In this document: piece by piece, positions 60,431-64,000 of the stretch
Numbering within the stretch: position 1 is the stretch's first letter
Layout of the letters: each line of letters starts with the position of its first letter
NCBI GenBank assembly: GCA_002269645.1
Contig: NIVC01000485.1
Span: 9,108 to 73,107, forward strand
Reading direction: 5' to 3'
Origin: Macrostomum lignano
Taxonomy: Eukaryota
Length of the DNA: 64,000 nucleotides
Translations under genes and position numbers: made by a program
The notes under the pieces: generated by a model
The model's input: the letters and a program-made list of their open reading frames with translations, nothing else
Told to the model about the DNA's origin: nothing
Database searches by the model: none

Positions 60431-60748
60431 GCATGGCTCGAAGAACCTTCAAGCAAGAAACAGTAATCACTGAGTCGCACAAAACAGCAAAGAAAAAACA
60501 TCAAAGTTACGTTAGCGCAATAATAAAAAGCCTGCTATTTTTTCATATGCATTTCAATACCCATTAATCAAATACAGTAGCAGCAATGAATAATATGCAA
60601 AATAAACAACGAGCGACACTTCAAATAACAGGGCTGATTTACACTGTACAACTTTGAAAGCCCTCAATCTGAAAAGCGCTCATAAGCGCGTACTTTGGCC
60701 ACATCTGTTTGGCTAAGACACACTGAACAGTCTACGCAAAATGCCTAA

Positions 60749-64000
<3,252 letters not shown>

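Overview
Repeat-rich invertebrate nuclear DNA with GC-rich exons, short GT-AG introns and introns filled with mini/microsatellites, plus one 15-N gap. This pattern resembles a flatworm such as Macrostomum, which is inference only. Host genes: an OATP/SLCO transporter present as an inverted pair of near-identical copies with complementary defects, a 2-exon secreted helical protein, a lone ConA/LamG-like exon, AMPK-alpha, and a ZRSR2/U2AF35-related splicing factor. Mobile DNA: an internally deleted Ty3/gypsy element with both LTRs and a TSD, two RNase-H-bearing LINEs, a third RT fragment, a foldback MITE, and two copies of a 2.24-kb repeat carrying two histone-type 3' stem-loops. The most notable structure is 27888-49533, bounded by ~420-bp inverted repeats ending in CACTAC. 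It contains a decayed Polinton/Maverick-type protein-primed DNA polymerase B gene split by at least five short spliceosomal introns. It also contains a TATA-preceded polyQ/AT-hook first exon that appears only after removing two LINEs. No capsid, ATPase, protease, integrase or transposase gene was recognised inside it. Boundaries were read by eye and may be off by a few bases. Several frameshifts fall in homopolymers and may be sequencing errors.
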